A stretch of 64,000 bases of DNA from the human T2T-CHM13v2.0 reference genome, Homo sapiens (GCF_009914755.1 NC_060925.1); one strand, 5' to 3'. Shown: positions 27,059-40,429, counted from the first letter of the stretch. The notes: generated from the letters alone by a model not told the origin. Numbers and translations are program-made.

Positions 27059-28549
27059 CTCCCACAACCCACACATGTGACCTCATGGGAATTCCCTGTG
27101 ACCAATAAATGGGGAAAGAAAAACAGGGCTATGGTTTATAGATAGACCTGCTTAATATGCTCATTTAAATCAGAAGTTGATAGTCACTGCAATGTAGTCC
27201 AACTCAGAGAAAGCCTTGAAATAAAATAGAGTGAGGAAATAGTTCCTGTGGTCAGAAATTGAGGTAGCACATCTGATTGCCTGTTTTACACAGAAAGATA
27301 GTCTCAGGTTCAGGACCATACTGATTTATAAATAGTGGCCACCAGGTTGTCTAAATGATTGGGAACATGGAAAGAATAAAATTTTAAGAGTGGTGTCTTC
27401 TGAGACAGTTTCAACAGAACTTCCTGGAAAGAGTACAAAGTGTGAAAATATTTTTTCCACATAAATGCCCACCAGAACAAATCCACTATAAAGAATGCTT
27501 TCAATAATCAGGTTGTCAGGGTGTTCTTTCCTGTGGCTATCTCAGTTAGCCTCATTCTCCTGCTTCCCCAGTGGTTGCTAAAATGACCTACATACAGAGT
27601 ATTTGTGGGGAGTAAAGTTGAAGGCTATTCACATGTTCAACACCTTCTATTTCCCCTCATAAAGACTGATTTTGCTGCCACCATGCCAAATGGCCAACCT
27701 GCCACGAGAAATCTGATATGACACCATTCTCCAGCAGAGACTGGCCTGCTACCTGGTGACAGTTGATTACAATAAACTTTTCTATCATGGAAGAGACAGT
27801 GATTTGTTCTCACAGAGATAGACACACATTTTGGATGCATAAGTACCTTAACTGTTGACAGCACTTTTGCCGATACCACCCTTCCAAATACCTTATCATC
27901 TTCAGCCATGGTATACCACAGAAATAACCTTATAATGGGCTACATATATTACAGAAAAGGATGTGTAACAGTAGACTTCTGTTCACGTAACTGACTGGCC
28001 CTTGCCATATGCCATCATCACCCAGAAAACAGATGGCTAAACGGAATGGTGAAATGTACTGCTGAAGCCACAATTTGGGCACTGAGTAGAAAACAACATC
28101 ATGGGAAACCAGGGATCTAACTAAAAGGATAAAGTATATTCCTAAACCAGCAGTTGATAGTTAGTGCCACTACCCTATAGCCAGAATTAACAGGTCTGGG
28201 AATCAAGTTATAGAGCTGAGAATGATTCCTCTCATTATTACTCCAAATAAACTGTTAGAGAAAGCTTTTCCTCCCTTTCTTCAAACTTAGATTCAGTAGT
28301 TCAGGTGGTATTAGAGCCAGCTAGAAGAATTCTTCCACCAGAAAACAGAGTTAGAGCCGAATTAAAGCTAAGATCACCTTCTGAACTTTTGGGGCTCTTT
28401 ATGCCATGTAACAGACGAAAAGAGTGTCACTGCATTTGAATCTTATCTCAATAAAGCTCTTACATATTGGACAAAATTTCAGGGAATGCAATGACTCTAG
28501 GAATTTGCAGATTTCAGGGAAAATTCAATAAAATAAATAATAAATAAGT

Positions 28550-29100
28550 TATGGAAGCAGCATGTGTAAATGTCCCAAGATGGGAGAGAATCTGGCATAG
28601 TTTCAGAATGACCAAATCATTCAGAATCTGTTAGGCCATGGCAAGAAGTTTCAACGATATTCTAAATATAATAGATACTTATTTAAAGGTGGTTGATTTA
28701 TCCCTGGCTACAACGTGGAAAATGGACTGAAGGTAGAAATTAGAATAGAAAAGAGGCTATTGTAATAGACAAGGCTCAAGATGATTAGTATTATCCTGGG
28801 GTATTAGCAGTAGTGGCATAGAAATAGATTAATTTGAAAATTACTTTGGATGTAAAAAAGTACAGGGCTTGGTAATGTATTGAATGTGCTTAAAGCTGAG
28901 AGAAAGGTAAAATAAAAATAACTGAAAATCTTCTGTTTAGTGTAACGATGTATGGTTGCTCCAACATCAGATAAGAGAACACTGGAGATGTAGTTTGTGG
29001 TGGAAGATTTAGAGAAAGAAGATCATGGATATTCAGGTAGGCCTATTGAATTCGAGCACCAAAGTTGGAGTAGACATGCCCAGAGAAAGGACATGAGTAT
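28550..29100 (-). mobile_element. L2 fragment
   Basis: Degenerate L2: 'ttaggccatggcaagaagttt', 'gaggctattgtaatagacaaggc..aagatgat'. Confidence 0.55.
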
Positions 29101-29369
29101 GTGCACGTGATGAAGAAGAAAGAAAGGGATAGGGATAGAGAGACAGAGAGAGACCGAAGCTTGAGATCCCATTAAATATGGCGAAAAGCTAGGTTTTTTG
29201 TTTGGTTGGTTGGTTGGTTTTTGCAGTTTGGTTCCATATGTCTACAAATCTTTCCAATAATTCTTATTCTCCAGTTTGTACCTTTCCATTATTTGCAACC
29301 AAAGAATCCTGGAATAACAATCAAGATGTCTTTCCCTCACTAGTTCCTCAAAGTCAAAATATTCATATA

Positions 29370-29920
29370 TCATTTGTAATAGGAATGTTTCAGTAACAAG
29401 TGACAAAAAATGAAATTAAGTTAAAAGTTCTAAAGTCAAAATGACTTTAAAATATAAAGGGAATATTAACCTATGTTACTGAAAAGTCAAAATGAGGCTT
29501 GATTTCCCACCTCAAATAAGATTTCCCAGGACCTTCTATCTCATGGTCATTCTACTCTGCTTCTCCATTAGCTGTATTACCACACTGCCCTGGTAGTCCC
29601 CTGAGAGTTCCAGAGTATTCCTGAATTTTTGCAAATCTTTGTAGCAACTCCAGATGTCAGACCCTCACAGAAAAGCTCTCAGGGAGGGAAGAGTCTCTTA
29701 ACAGTAGTAGCTGCTGTATATGTCCTGGGAATCACTTCCTCTCATTGGCCTGAATTGGACCACAAGCCTTTGCTTGAAACAATAACTATGGCAACAAAGT
29801 TACAATACTCTGGACTGGCTTTAGGACAACAAATGCTCACCCCTAAAGCAAGTCATATATTCAGTCTTTCCCAAATTGCTTGATTACAAAAGTGGAGGGA
29901 GCAAATTTCTCCCTCAAATA
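29370..29920. mobile_element. Old MLT1-type MaLR LTR
   Basis: 'tttcagtaacaagtgacaaaa', 'ctcattggcctgaattggaccac'. Confidence 0.45.
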
Positions 29921-29934
29921 TAAAGATATTATTG

Positions 29935-30823
29935 GCTAATTTACATTCCCAACAGTATAAAAGCATTCCTATTTCTCCACAGCCTCACCAGCATCTATTG
30001 TTTCTTGATTTTTTTAATAATCGCCATTCTGACTGGTATGAGATGGTATTGCACTGTGGTTTTGATTTGCATTTCTCTAATGATCAGTGATGTTGAGCTT
30101 TTTTTCATATGTTTGTTGGCTGCATAAATGTCTTCTTTTGAGAAGTGTCTGTTCATATCCTTTGCCCACTTTTTGATGGGGCTGCTTTTCTTGTAAATTT
30201 GTTTAATTTCCTTGTAGATTCTGGATATTAGACCTTTGTCAGATGGGTAGATTGCAAAAATTTTCTCCCATACTGTAGGTTGCCTGTTAATTATTATGAT
30301 AGTTTCTTTTGCTGTGCAGAAAGCTCTTTAGTTTAATTAGATCCCATTTGTCAATTTTGGCTTTTGTTGCAATTGCTTTTGGTGTTTCCATCATGAAGTC
30401 TTTGCCCATGCCTATGTCCTGAATGGTATTGCCTAGGTTTTCTTCTAGGGTTTTTATGGTTTTGGGTTTTACATTTAAGTCTTTAATCCATCTTGAGTTC
30501 ATTTTTGTATATGGGGTAAGGAAGGAGGAGTCTAGTTTCAGTTTTCTGCATATGGCTAGCCAGTTTTCCCAGCACCATTTATTAAATAGGGAATCCTTTC
30601 CCCATTGCTTGTTTTTATCAGCTTTGTTGAAGATCAGATGGTTGTAGATGTGTGGTGTTATTTCTGAGGTCTCTGTTCTGTTCCATTGGTCTATATGTCT
30701 GTTTTGGTACCAGTACCATGCTGTTTTGGTTACTGTAGCCTTATAGTATAGTTTAAAGTCAGGTAGCATGGTGCATCTAGCTTTGTTCCTTTTGCTTAGG
30801 ATTGCCTTGGCTATACGGGCTCT
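29935..30823 (-). mobile_element. Inverted 5' part of a twin-primed L1PA (ORF2 C-terminal fragment)
   Basis: ORF 30287-30832 translates to L1 ORF2 '[30 protein letters not shown]'. Confidence 0.93.
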
Positions 30824-31445
30824 TTCAACCATTGTGGAAGACAGTGTGGCAATTCCTCAAGGACCTAGAACCAGAAATACCATTTGTCCCAGCAATCCCA
30901 TTAGTGAGTGTATACCCAAAGGAATATAAATCCTTCCACTATAAAGACACATGTACACATATGTTAATTGCAGCACTGTTTACAATAGCAAAGACACAGA
31001 ACCAACCCAAATGCCCATCAATGATAGACTGGATAAACAAAATGTGGTGCATATACGCCATGGAATACTATGCAGCCATAAAAAAGAATGAGATCATGTC
31101 CTTTGTAGGGACATGGATGAAGCTGGAAGCCATCATCCTCAGCAAACTAACACAAGAACAGAAAACCAAACACCACATGTTCTCACTCATAAGTGGGAGT
31201 TGAACAATGAGAACACATGGACACAGGAAGGGGAACAACACACACCGGGGACCGTTGTAGGGGGAGCAACGGGAGGGAGTGCATTAGGACAAACACCTAA
31301 TGCATGAGGTGCTTAAATCCTGGATGACAGTTTGATAGGTGCAGCAAACCACCATGGCATATGTATACCTATGTAACAAACCTGCACATTCTGCCCATGC
31401 ATCCTGGAACTTAAAGTAAAATAAAATAAAATAATAGTAATAATA
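30824..31445 (+). mobile_element. Sense 3' part of the same L1PA (about PA7-10)
   Basis: '[20 protein letters not shown]' through the 3'UTR and A-rich tail; TSD aaagatattattggct (29922-29937) / aaagatattcttggct (31446-31461). Confidence 0.93.
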
Positions 31446-34143
31446 AAAGATATTCTTGGCTTAAAAAAAATAGTAAGGGGAAGAGAGAATACATGCCAGA
31501 AAGGCAACAAAAAAAACCCTTCAAAATGATTTCCAGGCACCATCCTATACTATGATATCAAAATCACTCTCTAAAGACCAGAAGTCTTATTGATTACCTT
31601 ATATTATTTTCATCTTTGAATTAACAAAAAATAACAATAGAATATTTTTATTTCCCTATACTGCACAATGAATTAAAGCCTTGAAATTGTGATAATGAAA
31701 ATTAGCATGCAAAGTCAGTGCACTGAATATATTGTCTGTTCCCATCTTTCATTCAAATTCCTTGCATATCTAAATATGCAAGGGTCACTCAGAAGTACCC
31801 ATGCTAATCAAAAAGAAAAAACTATGGTGTAGCATGCTATAGATGGCCCCTTTTCCTGGATGACTAAACAGCATTTAAAGTTACTTGACTTCTTTATTGC
31901 AGCCAAAAACCTGCAGGTGTGTTAAAGGATTAGTGTTCCTAAGACAGATACAGAAAAATATTAGTGAAAATATGTTGATTTATCACACTCATCTATGAAA
32001 AATATAGTTTTCACATTTTTTTAATTAGTAGAATATTTGAAACTACTAATACTCCCAAATAAGTGCATTAATGAAATTGCTTTGTTTCTTAAAAGGGTGA
32101 AAGGAGGACTATTACAAATTGCACTCTTATCTTGGCTTTGTCTCTTTAAACGCACAAAGCATTCACACTTGCTTCCTTTGCGCCGTCAGATGAACAGAAA
32201 ACTGTAAAACTAGACTATATAAAAATAGATCTTACTTTTAAATCATGTTATAGTCAAGTTTGTCATTAACAATTTTATAAAAATATACGATCATCATGTT
32301 TCATTGGCAAAAGTATGATATAAAAAGCACTGTATGCCAATTTTCAAATTTGTATTTATAAGTGCTATACTAGATCAAAAAAGGATTAACAGTAATGTAC
32401 ATCACTATAAATATTCTGTAACACTCTGCTCCAAATAACTATACCACTGCAATGCAGACTTTATAAATATATTCTGGTTCATCATTCATATGATTTAGTC
32501 AATAAATTGCATTTTTAAAAATAAGTTTATTAAAAGCACAAATTTTGTTACTCTTCTAAAGTCAAAATTAAATGCTACAATATTTCCTCCTATTAGTTTA
32601 AGGTATATTTCTGACTCATATTTACCCTGCTTTAGAGGAAAACTTTAATATGTGAAGTTTAAAGAATTCTATTTAAACTTTGCTGTCAAGTTACTTGGCT
32701 TGAACTATGAAATGTTACTGATTCTTCTAAACAATAACCACTCAAGGGAAGAATAAATGTGATCCACCAATGCTCTGTATATATAATAGAGAACCAACCA
32801 GGGCAGGAAAATAATAATGATAGTATAAAATTATTTCATTGGTCAAAATTACTAGGCAATCCTAATATTTGGATTCATATCACAAAGTAAACAGATGATT
32901 GACTAAAATATCTAACTTTCTCTATTCTGATGTCATAGTTTCCTGTAATTCCTTCAAAATATTTTAAACTGTTGCTATCACATTTCAATATTTAATCTAC
33001 ATAGAATTAATTATGGTGCTTGGTTGGGGACAGGGATTCACAATTTTTTCTTTCATATGTATAATCAAAGGTCTGAACACTGTTTGATCATTGGCCTATC
33101 CTTCACCACTGGTGGGCAATGTCTCCTTTGCCATATATCAAGTTTCCACCTGTGCATTGCCATATTTCATCTCCCTGTTCAGTTCCATAAGCTTAACTTT
33201 CCTAGAACAATGCACACTGTCTTTATTGTTTATGGGTTTATATCATTTATAGTTTATAATAAGTAGTTGTATATATTAGAGGAGCCTCCTTATATTGTAT
33301 TTGTTTTTAAAAATTATCTTGACTATCTTAACCATTTGCACTTTCACATATTTTAAAATCATCTTGTCAAGTTACAAGGAGGAAAAAAAAAGTTGGGATT
33401 CTGATTGAAATTTTGCCCTATTTTGTCTTATTTTACTGGCTTAGATATCCAATTTTGAATGGGGGTTCGGGGAGTGAGATTTTTCACCATCATTTTGTTT
33501 TTTTTCATCACTAAGAATTAGGTTTGTAATTTCTTCTTGAGTCACCTAGCTATATGTCTCCAAAAAATTGAAAATTTTGCTTGTTTTCAATTTTAATGGC
33601 TTAAAATTTTTATATCTTCTTAAAAAAAAACCTGCTCTTCTGTTTCTGGGGTTATGACACTACTCTTTTCACTGTTAGTATTCTTTAATGGATTCTCTTT
33701 TTCTTTGTTGTTCTTACTCAGACTTGCCAGAGGGTGTCTATTTTATTAAACTCTTCAAAAAGTGAGTGTTTGGCTTTGTAGACTCTCTTTATTTCTTGTT
33801 TTTTCCTATTTAATTAATTTATTTTCTTATTGTTAGGATATCATTCTTTCTACTTAGAGTTTATTCTGTTGTTTTTCTAACTCCTCTAACTTTGGTACTT
33901 AGATTACCAGATTTCAAACTTTATTTATAATACAAATAATCAGGGTGTTAAAACTATCTTAAGTAATGGTTTACTTATATCCCCTACTGTTTAGAATGTA
34001 ATGTTTTTGTGCATTTTCAGTTTAAAATATTTTCTAATGTCCAATATGGTTTTTTCTTAGGACCAGGAATGATTTGGAAGTGTATTTTATTATAATTTCT
34101 AAATAGATTTTAAGTTATCATTTTACATTTCTAAATTAAATAC

Positions 34144-34269
34144 TTTTTTCATAAAGATAGGATCTCGCTTTGTTGCACAGGCTAGTGTCAAACTCCTGGC
34201 CTCAGGCGATCCTCTAGCCTCAGCTTCCCAAAGTGCTGGGATTACAGGCATGAGCCACTGCACCTGGCC
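34144..34269 (-). mobile_element. FLAM (free left Alu monomer)
   Basis: Single Alu monomer; approximate TSD taaatac-ttt. Confidence 0.85.
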
Positions 34270-34604
34270 TAAATACATTTTTAAAGAAAAGATAATATAT
34301 TTAACAAAAAATTGATATTTTTTGATACCTGACTTATGTTCTAGATTATACTCAGTTCTTACAAATGATCCATGTGTATTGTGAAGAATATACATTCTCT
34401 AATTGTTGGGCATAGAGTTGTAGGTGCCCATTAGATCTGACTTGTTAATTGTGTTGTTCAAATCCTCCATGTCCTTACTAATGTTTTTGTCTGCTTTCTC
34501 TATTACATATTAAGAATAAGTTAAAGATTTCTTATGAATGTTAATCCATTAATTTCTCCTCATAATTTCATCCATTTTTTATATATATATATATAAAATA
34601 TATT

Positions 34605-34888
34605 ACACCTACAACAAAACAGGTTTAAACTATATGGATCCACTTATACACAGATATTTTTTCAATAAATGCAGTTGAACTTCCTTAACTGTGGGTTCTG
34701 AATCAGCAACCAAATGATGATCAAAAATACAATATTTGTGGGTTACGAAACCCATGGATAGGAAGGCCCAACTTTTCCTTTATGCAGGTACTACAGGGCC
34801 AACTTCAGGACTTGATTATGCAAAGATTTTGGTATCTGCAAAGGTCCTGGAACCAAACCAATTTCCTGTGGATATTGAAGGAGAACTG
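34605..34888. mobile_element. MER2B-like Tigger DNA transposon
   Basis: 'ggatccacttatacacagat...ggtcctggaaccaa...tggatattgaaggagaactg' followed by TA. Confidence 0.75.
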
Positions 34889-35999
34889 TATATATAGATA
34901 TAAAGACTGTGTTTTTAGGAACTTATAAATTTAGATTTTTTTTTGTATTTTCCTGTGAGAATTGTACCTTTCATCATTAAATATTGGCACTCTTTACCTC
35001 CCAAAAGGAAGTTTTTACTTTGAAGATAATTTTCTGTAATAGAGATCTATATATGTACATAGCTATACCAGGTTATTTTGTTTAGTATTTGCCTAACATA
35101 CTTAACCTTTAAGTTGGAACTTTTATGTGTCTAATGCACAGGTATGTTTTAAAAATAGCATATACTTAGATTTTACTAATTATCTAAACTGAGAATATTT
35201 ATATTTTGACCTGCATGTTTACTCCATTAACATTTATTGTGTTTAATAGTATATTTTGAGTTATTCCTACCACTTACTTGGTGCTTTATGTTTATCTGGC
35301 TATTTCTCTGCTTCTTTTTCTTTTCTCCTCTCCTGCTTGCTTTTGAATTTATCAGGCATTTTACATTCTATTTTCTCTCCACCAATGGCTAGGTAGTTAT
35401 ATAATACATGCATTTGGGTAGTATAAAACTAGCTTTTGTAACTAGTCTTCTTGTTTCAGTTGCTTAATACAATGTAAATGTGTTCCTTAGACACCTGTCA
35501 GCCCAATGCAAGTGTTCCTAATCAGCAAATGGCTTTTCTTTATAGGATAAAATAAGAATCAAGGTCCTTTCGCTCTTGTACCTTCATCATCCCCAGGATG
35601 TAGGTGATCTCTTCATTTAACAGAGTAAGAAGACTGAGTCCCTTCTTAAGAGCCATGGCCACTGGGTGACCAACATCATTACCTTTTATATTTTACTGGA
35701 TAGAATAATAGTCTTTGGTGGACAGGCATCCCTCCCAGCATCAACTCTATACTATGTCTGAGAACAAATTCTTGGTGGATAGCTAGCCATGTCTACAATA
35801 GCATATTTAACCAAATCTGAAGTTTTCAAATCTCTACCTCTACCCAAACATTATAAGGTTTTCAGAATGTTTTAACTTTGGTCATTGCCTCCATTTTTAC
35901 AAATTATCACTTTTTTCAGTATTTTAGTTTTTTAAATTTTATCAAATCACTTATTATTACTGTGTATTTAGTTTTATACAAATAGACCCCGTTTATAGC

Positions 36000-36210
36000 A
36001 TTTTATCAATATTAGGTCATTTAAGCCTCATAGCCACCCCCTGAAGTTTTAGCACTTATGTAATAGGAATTATGTTCTCCTTATATTTTGGATATGAGAA
36101 GGTTGAAGTAGAAAGCAGTTAGTGAACTTGCCTTATGTCACCCAATTGTGACCCCCTAATTAAGTGGTAAAGCCAGGATTCAAAGCCAGTCAACCTGGCT
36201 CCAGAGGCCG
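36000..36210 (-). mobile_element. MIR
   Basis: 'agtgaacttgccttatgtcaccc...aagtggtaaagccaggattcaaagcc'. Confidence 0.65.
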
Positions 36211-36423
36211 CTCATGACTCTGCTTTATGCTGTCAATGGTTGTTTATATTTATCCACATGTCACTGTTCCTTGTTTAACTACACAGAGATTTCCCATGGC
36301 AAAACTATTCTGTATAGGATCAGAGAGTAAATATTCAAGCTTTGCAGACCATATGGTCTCTGTCACAATCTACTGTACTCTGCCTTTGTAACACAAAAGC
36401 CGCCAGAGTCAATAGATATGAGA

Positions 36424-36699
36424 CCAGCACTTTGGGAGGCCAAGATGGGTGGATCACCTGAGGTCGGGAGTTCGAGACCAGCCTCACCAATATGGTGAAA
36501 CCCCGTCTCTACTAAAAATACAAAAATTAGCCAGGCATGGTGACATGTGACTGTAGTCCCAGCTACTATGGAAGCTGAGACAAGAGAATTGCTTGAATCC
36601 AGGAGGCGGAGGATGCAGTGAGCCAAGATCGTGCCATTGCATTCCAGCCTGGGCAACACGGCCAGACTCCATCTCAAAAAAAAAAAAAAAAAAAAAAAA
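36424..36699 (+). mobile_element. 5'-truncated AluS
   Basis: Starts at 'ccagcactttgggagg'; long poly(A) tail. Confidence 0.92.
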
Positions 36700-36832
36700 C
36701 AGAATGAGCATAACTCAAATAAACCTGCATTTGCTGATGCTGAAATTTACATTTCATGTAATATTCATGTACCACAAAATATTCATCTTTTGTTTTATTT
36801 CAACCATTTTAAAACATAAAAAACATTCTTAG

Positions 36833-37627
36833 AGGACTTCTTATTTCAGATGAGACATATCAAGAGTTTTAAAGTCATCACTCCCAACCTCATAACAAGT
36901 TAAAAAACTGAATATCAACAACTCCTTTTAGATCCATCAGAGAATTGAGGACACAGAACATACCACCACCTGGAAAACTAGAGAGGGAGGACAATATAAG
37001 AATCACAACTTACCAGGAGCTGCAGCAGGTAACTGGTAGGAACACTTAAATGGTAATTGACGAATTGATGGAGGTTGAGTGTGGACTAGCTTGAGAGTTA
37101 AAAATTCCTGGGGATCCAGTCTTAGGGAGATCCCTATACCTTTGTGAGTTTTATTTTCAGGGGCCCAGACTGGAGGAAAATCCTCTCCCATTTTTTGGCA
37201 GGAGGAGAGAAAAAGTAAACATTTTGAAATATGCCCAGAGCATTTCATTTTTCTTAACAAAGCCCTGGCCTCAAGGGAAACTACTGTAACAGGAATAAAA
37301 AGGAACATTACACAGTGATAAAGGGGTCATTCTCCAAGAAGACATTAAAATCCATAATGTGTGTGTGTATTGGTAGAAGTATGTACATACATATGTGTGT
37401 ATGTCTGTATGTACACACAGTAATGTGTATGTGTATGTATAGATATATATATGTGTCTGTCAATATTGTTTCATCAGTTTTAACCAATGTACCACACGAA
37501 TATAAGAACTAATAATAGAACAAATTAGATCAGAGGTGGGAAAGCGTATATATAGGAACCCACTGTACTATCTCTTTGATTTTTCTCTAAATCTAATATT
37601 GTTATAAAATATAAAGTTATTTTTTTC
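36833..37627 (+). mobile_element. Internally deleted L1MC/L1MD-type element (5'UTR + short ORF2 piece + 3' end)
   Basis: TSD aacattcttag/aatattcttag; endonuclease-region piece 'ataaaggggtcattctccaagaagacat'; 3' end 'gaacccactgtactatct...taaatctaa...aaagtt'. Confidence 0.65.
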
Positions 37628-38179
37628 AATATTCTTAGCTCACAGGAATTACAAAATCCATCTGTAGGTTGGATTCAATCTCTAAGCCATAGTTTCTTGA
37701 CTTCTGATCTAAGAGATCTTCATTTCGAGGTCGGTTTTCATCTTTTTGAAGCATTTTGGAAATATCTTTGTGAGATATGGCACATTCTGTTGGTGGTAAA
37801 CTCTATTTTTGTTTGTCTGAAAATTTTTCTATTTTATTCTTTCTTTGAATAAAGTTTAGCTAAGGAATTCAATTTTAGGTTGACAGCATGTTCTTTAAGT
37901 ATTTTGAAGACACTATGCTCTGTCCTTCTTTTGTCTGTGAGAAATCTGCTGTAATTTGTCTTTTCTTTCTGACCACTTGTAATACCTCTTGTTTGTCTCT
38001 AATGTTCTATAGTCTCTGGGATAGGCCTGATTGTGTGTTCAAAAGGAGATTTCTTATTATTCCTGTTTGAATTTTGGGAAGGATTCTTGACACTGAAGTT
38101 TTCTATCTTTTAATAATTTTATATATTTTAATAATATATATATATAGCAGTCTTTATTTCTTCAAACATTCTTAGTTAT

Positions 38180-38645
38180 CAAATCCTCATATTCTTGCTC
38201 CTAACCCTTTGACATTCACCCCTACATGCCAAAATCTGTTAGCTGGATCTTGCTATTCTCTGCCTGATTACTTTTTGCTTGATCCTAAGGGCACACTCAG
38301 CCCAGGCACAAAGAAAATTCAAAGGGTGAATGACCTAATGTTTCCAGAAGCATCCTTTATTTAATGATGGATAAGAAATTGATAAATAAGCATCCCCAGC
38401 TTCCTTGTATCTTAGTTAGGATAACTCTGAAGCATGTTCCACCTCTGCTAGCAACATTCCCAGTGATACTGAGATTCAATTGTCCACAGTAGAAACTCAT
38501 TTGATGATATATCATCTACTGACTTCTTTCTCTTTTCTGTCTAATTTTCCCAATCCTTTACTGATATATTCTGGGACCATCTACCACATAAACTACTTGC
38601 ATTTGAATCCTTCCCTTGCAGTTAGCTTCTGGAGGGAAACAAAAA
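38180..38645 (+). mobile_element. LTR16-family ERVL LTR
   Basis: 'ccccagcttcctt...ggataactctgaagcatgttc...ctgggaccatct...aaactacttgcatttgaatcc...gcttctggagggaa'. Confidence 0.7.
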
Positions 38646-38747
38646 TTTTATTTTACATTCACCATTTGATATTCCCTTTACATGATACTCCTGAATGGTA
38701 CATTTGCTGTGTTTTTTTTCCCTCTTGATTCATGCTTTTGTTGGCTT

Positions 38748-38752
<5 letters not shown>

Positions 38753-38792
<40 letters not shown>

Positions 38793-38794
38793 TG
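38753..38794 (+). repeat. (TG)n microsatellite
   Basis: About 20 TG units, one interruption. Confidence 0.95.
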
Positions 38795-39849
38795 TTTCTT
38801 TTGTTGTTGTTTAATTGTGAATTTATGTTTTGCATAATTTATTTATGAGACTCTTGCAAGATTTGGGTTTTGAATTTATCTGGGTTCTCTTAAAAGAGAT
38901 TTGTTCTTTGCTTTCATCAGGCTTGCCAGAGTGTTATGAACAAAATTATGTTAATTATTTTAACTTGAATTTCCCAAACAATTTGTCATAGTGTTTTATT
39001 TGAATCCAGAAGTGGTTAAGGGAGCCAAGTCTCCCTGGGTGCAATTGGTTGGGCCTGGTCTCCAGAGCTGCTACGGCTCCCATGGAAAGTGTAGTAATTA
39101 TAACAGAGGCTGGCAGATAAGGTGGTGGCAGCTGTGCCTGGTACAGAGGCAGCAGCCAGGAGTCCCACGAGGAAGCAGCCACCAGGCTCCAGAGGTGAGA
39201 AAGATCAGCCAAATATGAGATTGTACATAAATTGTGTCCAGTGCATTGTGTCAAAGGTATGAATTGCAAGAGGGGAATTTTCTTCTATCTGGAGCCCAGG
39301 CTAATATAGACAACTCACCTTCCCCAACCCAGCCCCCTGGCCCCTAGCTCACCTTTTCTTTGAGGCAATAGGCTTTCAAGTGCCTGTCTTTTCCAGGGGG
39401 TCTCAGTTCCAAGCCTTCATCTTCCACAGTCCTAGGACATTTTCTCCATTAGGCGTTGGGCCATTATCACCCAACCCTGGCCCCAGTGCATCCGTAGTAT
39501 TAACATAAGCCTAGAAATGTGTGTTTCAACTCTCTTTTCAGTTTGATTTCTGGCAATTTCTGCTGATTTCTCAGAAATTCCTCCTTGTATTTATTCAAAA
39601 GAGCTTTTTGATAGCAATTTCAGCTCTTGTACATGAGTCTTTTGGATTTCTATCACATTGTCAGGAAACAATAAATATCTCTTCTTTTGAAAATATTTAT
39701 TGTTCTATAAATTTGTCTTAATTTTATAATTAGAAAAAATATTTAAAAGCATAAATAACTATACAAATACATACATATATGCCACCCAAGAACTATGAAC
39801 CAAATTTACATGAATAGTGGTTAATTTGATCAGAAATGTTAACCTACAA

Positions 39850-40027
39850 CCACGGTTCTTAACCTTGGCTGCACATTTAAATTGACTATAGGAACTATTA
39901 AGAAACCATAATGCCAGGATTTCACCCACAGGAGGTCTTATTTTACTGGTCTGAGGTGAAGCTCAAACACAGATATTTTCATGAACTACTCAGGTACTTC
40001 TGTAAGCATTTCTGGCTAAGAACCAGA
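39850..40027. mobile_element. MER5A-like hAT DNA transposon
   Basis: 'ggttcttaaccttggctgcacatt...ggctaagaacca' termini. Confidence 0.7.
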
Positions 40028-40429
40028 AATAGTCTAGACCCATTAGAGAGACTCCTCTGTAAGGAAAGAGGAGTGATTAGACTTAGAAAGGACAGGTTCA
40101 AATAAGACACAGAACTTTACAACTCAACATCAGCATGAGTGCCCTGAATGTGAGATCCAGTACTCTCTACAACTAGTGACTCTGATCTCCTAACTAGGAC
40201 CTCCCGTCTAAGCTTTGGAATCAACCCAGTTCCAAATCAGTTTCCTTTCTTACTCCTATAACTAAGTCTCTTCCTTATCTTCTATTTAATAAAATGATTT
40301 TCCGACACCTTCCCTTCAAAACAGTTTTCTGCTTCAATAACCTGTGTTATAATAACTATTCCAGCACCCTCTACAATTGGAGCTCTATTTGTATGCTTGT
40401 TGTATGCCCTACAGATTCCTACATTGTTG

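Larger units (their letters stand above)
25020..28420 (+). mobile_element. Decayed ERVL internal region (gag-RT-RNaseH-integrase remnants)
   Basis: RT-like 'ttgcctcaaagctat' (LPQ-Y) and 'gtccattacacttgtgacatt' (decayed VHYIDDI); integrase-like 'tggtgacagttgattac' (WQVDY-like) and 'atagacaca'; many stops and frameshifts. Confidence 0.75.
33000..35400 (-). mobile_element. Highly decayed old L1M fragments
   Basis: T-rich reverse ORF2-like sequence such as 'gaagaatatacattctctaattgttgggcatagagtt'. Confidence 0.55.
36290..37706 (+). mobile_element. MER58B split by an Alu and a short L1
   Basis: 'gtaaatattcaagctttgcagaccatatggtctctgtcac' ... 'aaaacattcttag|...|ctcac...ccatagtttcttgacttctg'. Confidence 0.75.

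Noticed and set aside
30287-31203. 181-aa and 133-aa ORFs with clear protein-like sequence
   Set aside because: They are fragments of L1 ORF2 in a truncated, inverted L1, not host genes.
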